Shown piece by piece: positions 7,710 through 17,046 of a DNA stretch of 58,541 nt. Both the position numbers and the translations under genes were made by a program. How positions within the stretch are numbered: the stretch's first letter is position 1; every line of letters begins with the position of its first letter. The DNA comes from a bacterium (GTDB lineage Bacteria > Patescibacteriota > CG2-30-54-11 > JBAXVQ01), in NCBI GenBank assembly GCA_037128935.1, contig JBAXVQ010000004.1:1-58541 (forward strand), in the 5' to 3' direction. The notes under the pieces were generated by a model. The model did no database searches. It saw only the letters and a program-made list of their open reading frames with translations, and was not told where the DNA came from.

Positions 7710-7952
7710 TTAGGCTTTTTTTGTTGCTGTAAAAATACTTTTTGAAGGTTTATTTGGGAACTTATTTTCAGTGAATTCACAGTATACATATGTGCCAGGC
7801 TTAAATTCCCATTCTTCAATTTGAGGGTCATAATCATCAGTAGGAAGTAATTGATAGATGTTATCTCTAATAGATAGCCCTTCTACTGGACGCCAAACTT
7901 CTGTCCCTTCATTTAACAATCTAATGAAAATAGTTTTTGTCTTAGTATTCAA
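7710..7952 (-). CDS. Candidate cognate immunity protein of the RHS toxin
   Basis: 80 aa. The TTG start overlaps the last 11 nt of the RHS gene. GGAG lies 6 nt upstream, inside the toxin coding sequence. This is the classical toxin-immunity translational coupling. Confidence 0.55.
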   Translation of the reverse strand: MNTKTKTIFIRLLNEGTEVWRPVEGLSIRDNIYQLLPTDDYDPQIEEWEFKPGTYVYCEFTENKFPNKPSKSIFTATKKA

Positions 7953-10900
7953 ATCCTTCTCCCCCTATATGTAAAATTTCATTAGTTACTGGATCCATTA
8001 CTATTGACTTTCCTGTCTCAACATCAACAAATCTAATAGCTGGATTTGATGGATTAATATTATTCACTGCAGGATAAGACATACCTTTTTGTATCGTGTT
8101 TTTGACCTGATCAAGTGTCCAATTTCTACTTTCCATTTGATTATTCCATTTTAGCTCTGATTTGTAGTCACCAAATTTAATTTCAGAGCTCTGAGATTGT
8201 GCCTTTTTAGTTAGTTCGGCAACATCTGACTGGCTTGTACTACTTGATTGGGTACTTACACTTTGATTTTCACTTTGTCCGTCCATTTTTAAACTCGACT
8301 TATCATCCTCCGGCATCTCACTTTGATTATTTCCAGCATTCCCACCTTCACTCGAGGGTTTCAGACTTTGATTACCTGAATCTACTTCTTCCTTCGCATT
8401 TGAAGGATTCGTTGATTTTGCTGAATCCTTGGTTGTACTTTCAACGACATCTGAAAGAGTTTCTCCATTGTTTGCAGCTGTCTGAATAATTGCCATCAGT
8501 TGTGGACTAAATTGTTCACTTACATCAATCGCCGCACATACAAGTAAACCTGCTATATAATATAAATCCCCTAGAGGAAGCGGGCCATCGGCAAATGTTG
8601 CCCACCACTGCGTAGCAGCCCATGTAGCTGCATAAGCTGAGTGTCCTGTAGGATCAGTATACTTTATTGGATTATTCAGAGCATAGGCATAACGATTGAA
8701 TGCTTGAGAATTGTTAGGACTAGGAATGATACTGTCTGTTTGCACAAACCTCCGAATCCTCGGATCATAATACCGTGCGCCGTAGTAGTAGAGACCGCTG
8801 ACTTTGTCGTGTCGTTGTCCTGTGAATTCGATGTCGATGTCTTGTTTGGTGCCGGTCTGTTCTTTGGTTTCTCCGTAGGGGTAATATTTGGTGCTGTTGA
8901 CTACAGCGCCGGTTTGGTCGGTGGTGAGGCTGCTGCTGCCGAGGTGGTCGTTATGGTAAAAGTATTTTTGGCCTTGATCGGTTTTTTCGCCGATGCGTTC
9001 TTTGTTGGCGTAGTAGTAGCTTTTGCTGCCCTTCCCTATTGTTACTTCGTAGCCTGAGTTTACGTAGTGCGTTACAACCCCATTTTCTACTTTCTTCACG
9101 CGATTTCCGGCGTAGTCGTAGGTCATTTCCATGATGACGGTGCCGTTGCGGGTGACTTTCTTGAGTTTGCCATCTGCGGTGTAGTCGTAACGGTCAGCGT
9201 CCCATCCTTGGGTCATGTTACCGTTGCGGTCGTAGATAAAATGCTGGTTGGTGGTGGCGGCTTGGGCGTTGGCTTTGGGGAGGAGGGAGGTGAGGATGTT
9301 GGATTGGGTATTCTGTTGTTGGGGTGCAGGTTTTGCTTGGCTGATGTTGCCTGTTGTGGTTGGAGTGGTTGTTGGGGCAATGGGGTATGTGGTTGAGGAT
9401 GGGATTGTGACATTTCCCAGTTGTGGGGATGAGACCTGCGGGCAGGTGGTTGTACCTAGGTAGCGGACGATGAAATAGTATGTTGTTGGCTGGTCGAGCG
9501 GAGCGAAGGTGATTGACTTGGTGAATTGCCCTGCTGCATCGGTTTGTACAGTAGCCAACATGTAGTAGCTATTGTTGCCGTCGGTGTTGTAGGCAATGGA
9601 GAGTGTTACATCTTTTCCTTCTGGGCTGTTTCCAGTGAATGTTGTGGCGTAGTTGTCTGTGGTGACTTGAATATCGATGGATGTGGGGCATGTGGTTTCT
9701 GGCTCTGAGGGCTGTGGAATTAAGACGTTTGTGTAGAGGATGCCAAGAGCAGCTAACGTGCTTACTCGAGTTGGTGAGTTTGTTGCGGTTCTCGTGTTGG
9801 TCGGTGTGATCGTGAAAGTACGGGTGAGTGTGTTGGTTGCTGTTCGGGTGAAGGTTTGGGTTGCGGTGAACGTGCGAGTGAGCGTTGGAGTAAACGTTCT
9901 TGTTGGAGTCGCTGTGAATGTACGGGTTGGGGTGTTCGTAAATGTTCGTGTAAATGTCTGCGTTGGGGTATTGGTGCGAGTGAATGTTGGTGTAAACGTT
10001 CTGGTTGGCGTTGGAGTGAATGTGCGAGTTGGGGTGTTGGTAAATGTTCTGGTAAATGTCTGCGTTGGGGTATTGGTGCGGGTGAATGTTGAAGTAAGCG
10101 TTCTTGTTGGTGTTGGAGTGAATGTCCGTGTTGGGGTATTGGTTGGTGTCCAAGTTGAGGTTGGGGTTGGGGTGTTCGTGCGGGTGAAGGTTGGTGTAGA
10201 GGTTCGGGTTGAGGTGGTTGTAAATATTCTGGTTGGAGTATTGGTTGGTGTTGGGGTATTTGTTCGAGAGGCAGTGTTTGTTGCGGTTCGGGTGAATGTT
10301 AACGTTGCGGTGAAGGTACGGGTGAAGGTGGGTGTGAAGGTTCTGGTTGGTGTCGCTGTGTTGGTGGGGGTGGCGGTATTGGTGAATGTTCTGGTAAATG
10401 TTGCAGTAGGTGTATTGGTTCGGGTGAAGGTGCGCGTTGGAGTGTTAGTGGAAGTCGCTGTATTGGTGAATGTTCTGGTGAATGTGGAGGTTGGCGTGTT
10501 GGTTGCTGTGCGGGTAAAGGTACTGGTAAATGTATTCGTTGCAGTTCGTGTTGGGGTTGGAGTAATCGTGTTAGTCCGTGTTGGCGTGTTTGTAGGTGTG
10601 TTGGTAGAAGTTCTGGTGGGCGTGTATGGAGTACCAGTTCTGGTCGATGTTGGAGTTGGGGTTTGCGTTTCCGGTGGAGTAGCTGTTGGAGAGTCAGCTG
10701 TTCCAATGTTTATCGAAGTAACTGCGTGTGGGCCTGCGGATTCTCCGTAGGTATATATTGCCTTTTCTTCAGTTCCGTTGACCGAAAGAATGTTACCAAT
10801 CGGGTCGTACTGGTAGTTTTCGCTTTTGCCTTTTGTTGAACGCCAGTCGGTTAATCGTTCTAGTGGATCATAGATAAATGTGCTGGTTTCCTGTGCTGGT

Positions 10901-13900
10901 GTGTCGGCGATGGCGAGGATATTTCCTACTGAGTCATAGGTGTAGTCAAACTGTTGAATGGTGTCTGTTTTGATCTGACGAAGGCGGAAATTTAATCCTT
11001 CTTCGGGGGTGTCGTTGTACTCGTATGATGTGCTTTTTCCGTTGGCAAATTGTTTGGTTTTGATCTTGCCGTTGGGGTAGTAGTCGATATTGGTTAGCAT
11101 GCCGCTGAGTGTTTTCACATCACCACGGCCGTTGAAGGTGTATTGGACAGCTTCACCATCGGGATATTTCTGGCTGATCACACGGTCGAGGCTGTCGTAG
11201 GTGCTTTCTGTGACGTATGCAGTGCTGTCGATGGTTTTGGTTTCTTTGATTGATCTCATGCGTTGATCGTAGGTGAAGGCGGTGCTGCCTGAGGGATCGG
11301 TAACTGAGGAAAGAGTGCCTTTGTATTGTTGGTCGTAGGTGTAGGTAATTTGGGAGCCGTCGGCAAGGTTTTTATGGATTGGTCGGTAGAGTTCGTCGTA
11401 GGTGGTGGTGTTGAGTTCACCTTTGGCATTGTTTTCTGAGAGCAGGTTACCAACTTTGTCGTAGCTGTAGTTCCAATTTCCCATGTCTGGATCATGCATC
11501 GAGATTTTGCGGTGCAGGGAGTCGTAGCCGATGGTGATGATGTTACCGTTGTGGTCTCTGGTGGTGGTGAGATCACCAAGAGGAGAGTAGGTGTATGTAG
11601 TGGTGTAGCGGTTATTTCCGTTGTGTTCGACAATGCTGGTAACTTTCTGCTGGGCGTTGAGGTAGAAGTCTTTTTCGATATTGTTTTCGTTGATTACGGT
11701 TTTTTTCCAGTGATCAAAGATGGTGCGAACCTGTCGGCCGTCTGGTTGAGTCAATGTTGTCTGACGTCCCATACAGTCGAAGGCGTTGGTGGTGAAAATA
11801 GTATCCGTTGGCGTGGTGTATGTTGCGGATGCAGGAACTAACAGCGGGACTCCTTGTTTGATTACTTTGCCGTTGAAATCGTAGAAGGAGTTCATCACGA
11901 TCTGTTGGGTAGGCGTTTCAGCTTCAGCTCTAGTTTGTAGCGTCTGTCCCAGTCCATCTGTCCATGTATAGGTATCGATAGTTCCAGGTTGTCCTGCCGT
12001 TTCTCGTTTGGAAACCATGGATCCTTCGGGGGCGTTGCCGTCGATGTAGTAGCTGTAGGATGTTGTGGGAAATTGCTCGGAGTCGTAAGGGAGGATGTCT
12101 TTTAGCTTTCTGCCAAACTGGTCGTAAATATAGCGCACAGTGATTCCGTTGGGATCAGTTGTGGAAAGGACATTTCCAGAGCCGTAGTCGTAGATTGTGG
12201 TGCTGGTAAATCCTCTTGCGTTTTTTTCTTCGGTTACATAGCGATGATAAACCGGATCATACGTTTTCCAGCTCGAGGTGCCCATAGGATCGATAACCTG
12301 AATGACGTTGCCGTAGGTGTCGTAGATGCTTTGTTTGACAGGGTTTTCTCCGCCTTCGAGCCATTGTTCTTTTTTCGTTTGATTGCCTCTGGTTGGTGGT
12401 TCACCATATGCAAGTCCATCGTAGCTGTAGAACGATTCGCTGATTTTAGTGGTTTTGTCCGAGCCGTAGAGCACAGATCGTTTTGCTGAACCAAGTATCC
12501 AAGCACTTTCGTTGTTGACGTACTCGTTCTCGGAATAGAGGTCATCAGCTGGGCTGTTGGTGTCACCAAGTGTTTCTGTTGTGAGTAGGTTGCCATAAAT
12601 ATCATATGCTGTGAATTTTGTTGTGCGTTGTTTGGGATTGGCTGCGACGCCATCGTAGGTAAAATCATCAACTTGGGTAAGTTGGCTGTTGTATATCCCT
12701 TCAGATACGGAACTGGTTAGTGTTGATAGAGAGCGTTTGAATGGGTTTCCGTTTTTGTCGTAGACCCAGCTTTCTTTTTTCTGACCTCGTCTAGCCATGT
12801 CTTGGTAATAATGATTTTCTGCTTTATTTCCGTCCTGATCAGTAACTACAACCTTTTCAAAACCAGCAAACTGTTTTTCCTGTCGATCGTAGAGCGCGTT
12901 GCTGTAGACATAGTTGGTTTTTACTTCTACCCTTTGTGGTCCGGTAATGCCGTTGTCTGTTAAGGTCTGGGAAACACACTGCATAGGGAAATTTACATCT
13001 TGATCGGTGTCGCTTCTTTGATACGTGTTGTAGGTCACGCCTGTGTTTTTACCACCTGTTGTTTTGATGCTGATCAGTTTTTCTTGTGATGGTGCGGTCT
13101 GGTTGGGGTATACATCCCACCAGCTTCCTGATGTTCCTTTGATAAGGCGAACATAGTCAGGGAGACCGTCGCTGTTAATATCCATCATGTCGGTTTGGGT
13201 GGATGAGGTGTCAATAACTCGAACTTCTTGAACACATGTTTTAAGACCATTTAATAAGCTGCACTGATTTATTGTAAGGGGTATATTCTGCTTAGTGTCT
13301 GCACTACTTCTTATTCCTGTAGAAAGATTGAGAGAAACGGTTGAGATGGAAGAAAAAGCCGTTCCATTGCCATAACTAAGTTGTATATTATGTGCAGGAA
13401 TATTTGCAATTAGGTAGTCTGGGTAACCATCGCCGTTCAAGTCAAAATAGTCTTTAGTAGTCGAAGATGCACCTATCCTTAGAAATTCACCAGGGTTAAC
13501 GGTTCTTGTTATTATTGGATCAAAGCCGTTGCCATTGTTCACTGATATTTCCCAATATCGTTTTCCGTAGATAACTTCCCCGTTTACAATACTGATTTCT
13601 ATAACGGTGTTTACCCAGTCGATCAGGCCATCATTATTGACATCCATTGGCATTGCTGCGGTATTTCCAGTGGGAATACCTTCGTAATAACGTTGTACTT
13701 GAGTCTGAAAGTCACCAGCCGGGGACCGAAAAGATATCAAACTTGATGATTGAGCAAGTAATGTCCCTGTTTTAAAACCATGTCCTGTGTTCAGATATAC
13801 TGTCCAACCTGCGTTTGTGCTTTCCACTGCATCTGCCAATCCATCACCATTTACATCAAATATATCTCTCGTTGTGTCACCATTGATCCATGTGCTTTCT

Positions 13901-15348
13901 CTGATGCCATCCCAAGTGAAGGGAACTGCCCATTGCACGGGTGTGGGAGCAAACCCCGATCCGGTATTGAGATATACGTCCCAATACAAACCTTTATACT
14001 CTATAAGATCAGGTTTTCGGTCGCCATCAATATCGAAAAAGTCTCGTGTAGCTTTGGCGAAAATTTCAATCCTGAATTCATCTGTTGGCAGTGGGATATT
14101 CCACGAAACTGGTGGTAAAAAATTACTTCCGCTATTTCTATAGACATCCCAGTGATCACCTTTCCTGACAACGTAATCAACTCGCCCATCGCCATCGATA
14201 TCCACACTCATCTGATTTCCTGTAAATGAGAATGTGTTTGTGCTAGATGTTCCTCCAGAGTTTGTGCCATCGGCATTGACCCAAGAGTACATTGTTTTGT
14301 CTGATGTGTTGGTTGAAAGGTGAATAGGTTTGTCAGTTGGACCGTTTTGAAACCACTGCTGTGCTGCACCGAATGTTGTAGCTGAAGTGTCGTAGTTAAA
14401 TTGTGTTGCAGGGAGAGCAGATGTCCCATCATTGCCAAACTCCGTTATTTTCTGGAGCAACGATCTTCCAGATACTGGGCTTGTTGAGTACTCTAGTTTG
14501 TATGAATTAACTCTTTTGCCATCAACGGTTACTCGCACCTCAGAAAGCCTTCTAGCTAGTCTGATCTTTGAGCCCTGATTGTAGTTGATTACTGAGTCGG
14601 GGCGGTCAGCTCCTTCTAATACAAAATCAATGATTCGTTTTTCTTCGTTGTTGTAGCGAATCTGTTTGGGGTAAATAGCTCCGATGTCGTTTGCTGTTGG
14701 GTTTTCTGCGTAGGAGTAAAATAGTTTGTTTCCGTTGGTGTCTTCTACCTGATCAAGACTCCATTTCCAAATCCAGTCTCTTGTTGAGGCTTTATGTTCT
14801 GAGTCAGCGTTGTAGCCAAACCGATAGGTAGTTCCGTCTTTTTTCTTTACAATCCAGTATTCACCCTTTTCGTTGCCTGTGCTGCCAGTAAGTTTCTGAA
14901 TCCAGAGATAGCTTTCGTTTTGGGTGTGGTAGCGGTTTTCTGATGGGACATAGATAAGTTTCTGACCGTCAAAACGGTAAAAGTCATCAGTAAGGTCATC
15001 GGGTGTGTAGTTTACATCCCTTTGAATCGCACTCGTTGAAAGTTGCCACCCCAAGCCAACTTCGCCTGCGTTTCCGCCACCACTGCTGTTGTAGCTGAGC
15101 CCAATACTTGGTGAAAGTCCATTTGTCCCAAGTGGGACGGAAAATGAGTAGCTGTAGGTCATCGAGCATGAAAACAAGTCTACGGAGTTTTCATTCTGTT
15201 TGCTTTCTGTTGGAGCTTTGGAGGAGTGATCGCTTTCTACTAACCCAGGGGAGTAGGCTGCAAAGACTTTTCCTGAAATGCCAAGTAGCAAGATCAATGT
15301 GGTAAAAACTTGCAAAAACAACTTTCGCATAATCACATACTCCTGCAT
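7942..15348 (-). CDS. Secreted SpvB / FG-GAP beta-propeller / RHS-YD repeat polymorphic toxin (Tc toxin BC-fusion-like) with RHS-associated core and a variable C-terminal toxin domain
   Basis: 2468 aa.
- Start and signal: the likely true start is MRKLFLQVFTTLILLLGISGKVFA at 15330, with AGGAG upstream, and it carries a signal peptide.
- SpvB-like N-terminus: SFSVPLGTNGLSPSIGLSYNSSGGGNAGEVGLGWQLS.
- Six FG-GAP/VCBS motifs: DIDGDGRVDYV, DIDGDRKPDLI, DVNGDGLADAV, DVNNDGLIDWV, DLNGDGYPDYL, DINSDGLPDYV.
- Many YD repeats: YDIYGNLL, YDTYGNVI, YDQFGRKL, and others.
- RHS core: YFYHNDHLGSSS…YYPYGE…FTGQRHDKVSGLYYYGARYYDPRIRRFVQTDS…NPIKYTDPTGH, ending near 8641.
- C-terminal tip of about 233 aa at 7942-8640, family unknown. 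Confidence 0.93.
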   Translation of the reverse strand: MQEYVIMRKLFLQVFTTLILLLGISGKVFAAYSPGLVESDHSSKAPTESKQNENSVDLFSCSMTYSYSFSVPLGTNGLSPSIGLSYNSSGGGNAGEVGLGWQLSTSAIQRDVNYTPDDLTDDFYRFDGQKLIYVPSENRYHTQNESYLWIQKLTGSTGNEKGEYWIVKKKDGTTYRFGYNADSEHKASTRDWIWKWSLDQVEDTNGNKLFYSYAENPTANDIGAIYPKQIRYNNEEKRIIDFVLEGADRPDSVINYNQGSKIRLARRLSEVRVTVDGKRVNSYKLEYSTSPVSGRSLLQKITEFGNDGTSALPATQFNYDTSATTFGAAQQWFQNGPTDKPIHLSTNTSDKTMYSWVNADGTNSGGTSSTNTFSFTGNQMSVDIDGDGRVDYVVRKGDHWDVYRNSGSNFLPPVSWNIPLPTDEFRIEIFAKATRDFFDIDGDRKPDLIEYKGLYWDVYLNTGSGFAPTPVQWAVPFTWDGIRESTWINGDTTRDIFDVNGDGLADAVESTNAGWTVYLNTGHGFKTGTLLAQSSSLISFRSPAGDFQTQVQRYYEGIPTGNTAAMPMDVNNDGLIDWVNTVIEISIVNGEVIYGKRYWEISVNNGNGFDPIITRTVNPGEFLRIGASSTTKDYFDLNGDGYPDYLIANIPAHNIQLSYGNGTAFSSISTVSLNLSTGIRSSADTKQNIPLTINQCSLLNGLKTCVQEVRVIDTSSTQTDMMDINSDGLPDYVRLIKGTSGSWWDVYPNQTAPSQEKLISIKTTGGKNTGVTYNTYQRSDTDQDVNFPMQCVSQTLTDNGITGPQRVEVKTNYVYSNALYDRQEKQFAGFEKVVVTDQDGNKAENHYYQDMARRGQKKESWVYDKNGNPFKRSLSTLTSSVSEGIYNSQLTQVDDFTYDGVAANPKQRTTKFTAYDIYGNLLTTETLGDTNSPADDLYSENEYVNNESAWILGSAKRSVLYGSDKTTKISESFYSYDGLAYGEPPTRGNQTKKEQWLEGGENPVKQSIYDTYGNVIQVIDPMGTSSWKTYDPVYHRYVTEEKNARGFTSTTIYDYGSGNVLSTTDPNGITVRYIYDQFGRKLKDILPYDSEQFPTTSYSYYIDGNAPEGSMVSKRETAGQPGTIDTYTWTDGLGQTLQTRAEAETPTQQIVMNSFYDFNGKVIKQGVPLLVPASATYTTPTDTIFTTNAFDCMGRQTTLTQPDGRQVRTIFDHWKKTVINENNIEKDFYLNAQQKVTSIVEHNGNNRYTTTYTYSPLGDLTTTRDHNGNIITIGYDSLHRKISMHDPDMGNWNYSYDKVGNLLSENNAKGELNTTTYDELYRPIHKNLADGSQITYTYDQQYKGTLSSVTDPSGSTAFTYDQRMRSIKETKTIDSTAYVTESTYDSLDRVISQKYPDGEAVQYTFNGRGDVKTLSGMLTNIDYYPNGKIKTKQFANGKSTSYEYNDTPEEGLNFRLRQIKTDTIQQFDYTYDSVGNILAIADTPAQETSTFIYDPLERLTDWRSTKGKSENYQYDPIGNILSVNGTEEKAIYTYGESAGPHAVTSINIGTADSPTATPPETQTPTPTSTRTGTPYTPTRTSTNTPTNTPTRTNTITPTPTRTATNTFTSTFTRTATNTPTSTFTRTFTNTATSTNTPTRTFTRTNTPTATFTRTFTNTATPTNTATPTRTFTPTFTRTFTATLTFTRTATNTASRTNTPTPTNTPTRIFTTTSTRTSTPTFTRTNTPTPTSTWTPTNTPTRTFTPTPTRTLTSTFTRTNTPTQTFTRTFTNTPTRTFTPTPTRTFTPTFTRTNTPTQTFTRTFTNTPTRTFTATPTRTFTPTLTRTFTATQTFTRTATNTLTRTFTITPTNTRTATNSPTRVSTLAALGILYTNVLIPQPSEPETTCPTSIDIQVTTDNYATTFTGNSPEGKDVTLSIAYNTDGNNSYYMLATVQTDAAGQFTKSITFAPLDQPTTYYFIVRYLGTTTCPQVSSPQLGNVTIPSSTTYPIAPTTTPTTTGNISQAKPAPQQQNTQSNILTSLLPKANAQAATTNQHFIYDRNGNMTQGWDADRYDYTADGKLKKVTRNGTVIMEMTYDYAGNRVKKVENGVVTHYVNSGYEVTIGKGSKSYYYANKERIGEKTDQGQKYFYHNDHLGSSSLTTDQTGAVVNSTKYYPYGETKEQTGTKQDIDIEFTGQRHDKVSGLYYYGARYYDPRIRRFVQTDSIIPSPNNSQAFNRYAYALNNPIKYTDPTGHSAYAATWAATQWWATFADGPLPLGDLYYIAGLLVCAAIDVSEQFSPQLMAIIQTAANNGETLSDVVESTTKDSAKSTNPSNAKEEVDSGNQSLKPSSEGGNAGNNQSEMPEDDKSSLKMDGQSENQSVSTQSSSTSQSDVAELTKKAQSQSSEIKFGDYKSELKWNNQMESRNWTLDQVKNTIQKGMSYPAVNNINPSNPAIRFVDVETGKSIVMDPVTNEILHIGGEGFEY
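9775..10700 (-). repeat. Imperfect tandem DNA repeats (about 102-bp register) encoding a ~310-aa Thr/Pro-rich (TPT/TFT/TRT) low-complexity tract inside the RHS gene
   Basis: For example, gtaaatgtctgcgttggggtattggtgcg(a/g)gtgaatgtt recurs at about 9951 and 10053. The protein reads …TPTNTPTRTFTRTNTPTQTFTRTFTNTPTRTFTPTPTRTF… Both strands give long artefactual ORFs. Confidence 0.85.
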
Positions 15349-15570
15349 ATATTAAAACATACATAGATGATAGGATTATTATAGTATATGATTGTCAACT
15401 TCTTTGCAACTTTTTCTTAACCTTGCATTCTGCTTTACATATACTGTACGTAACACTTTTTTATGGCAAAGTTTTTTGCTATTTTTTTACTATTTAAATT
15501 GACTAAATTTAATACTTATCCTTGAGATGCAAAATCTTGCGTCTCAACTTTGGATCATGATTTTAGCTAT

Positions 15571-17037
15571 CTATAACCCAATTAAATACTGATATATTTT
15601 CACCATCGCCAAACTGTCTAATCCGCAATATTTCAGTAGATCTTCACACCTTTTCTTCTGCTCTGTAGCAGTAAGCTTTCTATCAATCATTTCCCACCAA
15701 GAGAAAGAAGCTGCATTTCCGTTTTGAACCACCAATGATTTGTATGATACGTCAGGGACAAGCACTGGCAACACATTTTTTATTGAGCTACTGCCTTTAA
15801 ATCTCCTATCCACATACAATCCATCTTGAAAAATCCTCCGTAAGTCGTACATCCTGCTATTTACATCCTCTAGAAATGCTGTTCTATCCGGACACAACCG
15901 AGCTAACTCGTCGTTGCATCTTTTTTCAAACGACATGTTCCATGCAATAATGGTACCTGTTGCACCAATATGGCTTTGCAGAGTGTTAACCAACGCTGTA
16001 GAAGGGTCTTCGTTAGTAGTCGCTAAAAACTCTTTATGGTCTAGATTCCCGCTCTCTTCCAGAATATGCAATGAGTATTGAAACACTACCTGCTGGTATG
16101 CATGATATCCTTTGTATCGGGGAATTGCCGATGAAAACGTCTCATAATCGAGAAAATATAGTGGAAAAATCAGTTGCTGTAACTCATCTTTAATCTTTCT
16201 GCTATCAAATGAAACTGCTTTTTTCGTTATCGATTCCCAATGTCGTTTACTATCTTTTCTAGTCAAGTAAGACTCGGGGATATCTTTAATCAATAGCTGA
16301 TTCTTTTCAACCAATTCCAATAAATAATCATCATTTAGTTTTCCAGCAAGTTCATAGATGGATTCGTTCGGAATGTTGCCCCAACAGTACTCTTTGAAAA
16401 TACAGGGGTATGGGGAGTTACACTGTTTGAGGATCAGAACATTTGGCTCTTCGTTTTTTTTAAGTGTGCTCAGGGCATCTTCTACAAGTGCTGGCATATC
16501 TGGCATTATTACTTGCACTCTTTCAGAAACATCGGTAACGGTTTGCAACTTTTCTGGCTCAATATGAACTCCATCAAAAATGTACTCCTTATTGACGTGT
16601 ACGACATACACGCCTCCCACCGGAATATTCGCCTGCTGAAAACAATATACCTGAAATGCTAGGTCAAATAGGTGTTCTTCTTTTGCATTAGTTCCACTTT
16701 TCACTTCGTATATGTCCCACTTTTGTGTAGAACTGTTGTACTGAATAATGTCACAACGGCACTCAGTGTACTCGTTACGAATAACTGCTTGAAAGATTGT
16801 TGAAGCTGCAGAAGTAGGAAGGTTTTTCACTACTTCGTTATCACCATTTTCGGGTTGAGCAGAGATCACACCATCAGAAAATAGCTGATAGGCAAGCTTT
16901 TCAATGGTATATCCTTCCTCTTTGCGATACTTGGCTGCAATATCAAATTCTCCCTTAGGTAAAGCCTTATGATGGGCAAGCCAGAGAGCTTTTGAGCATT
17001 GTATATATTGTATAAAAGAGGTTTTAGTTAGCTTCAA
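15571..17037 (-). CDS. DUF2779-family protein: Cas4/RecB-like PD-(D/E)xK nuclease N-terminal half plus DEDD-like exonuclease C-terminal half (predicted)
   Basis: 488 aa.
- YIQCSKALWL N-terminus plus the C-x5-C-x5-C cluster CNSPYPCIFKEYC, a Cas4-like 1+3 cysteine pattern.
- WDIYEVKS (D..ExK).
- C-terminal half YFLDYETFSSAIPRYKGYHAYQQVVFQYSLH matches the remembered DUF2779 signature LDFET…P…PYQQxPFQxSxH.
- The start lies 9 nt after the mcrC stop. Confidence 0.7.
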   Translation of the reverse strand: MKLTKTSFIQYIQCSKALWLAHHKALPKGEFDIAAKYRKEEGYTIEKLAYQLFSDGVISAQPENGDNEVVKNLPTSAASTIFQAVIRNEYTECRCDIIQYNSSTQKWDIYEVKSGTNAKEEHLFDLAFQVYCFQQANIPVGGVYVVHVNKEYIFDGVHIEPEKLQTVTDVSERVQVIMPDMPALVEDALSTLKKNEEPNVLILKQCNSPYPCIFKEYCWGNIPNESIYELAGKLNDDYLLELVEKNQLLIKDIPESYLTRKDSKRHWESITKKAVSFDSRKIKDELQQLIFPLYFLDYETFSSAIPRYKGYHAYQQVVFQYSLHILEESGNLDHKEFLATTNEDPSTALVNTLQSHIGATGTIIAWNMSFEKRCNDELARLCPDRTAFLEDVNSRMYDLRRIFQDGLYVDRRFKGSSSIKNVLPVLVPDVSYKSLVVQNGNAASFSWWEMIDRKLTATEQKKRCEDLLKYCGLDSLAMVKIYQYLIGL

Positions 17038-17046
17038 AATCTGTAC

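Noticed and set aside
9740-10750. 336-aa plus-strand ORF (VGV/VRV-rich) and several other 60-190-aa ORFs on both strands across 9067-10750.
   Set aside because: They are mirror images and frame-shifted readings of the Thr/Pro tandem-repeat tract of the RHS gene. The low-complexity repeat DNA lacks stops in several frames. The RHS frame is the only one continuous with flanking conserved domains.
15331-15348. Six-codon extension (MQEYVI) at the RHS start.
   Set aside because: AGGAG sits inside it, 8 nt upstream of the second ATG (MRKLF…), which begins a canonical signal peptide. The longer coordinates are kept in the feature list only to match the ORF track.
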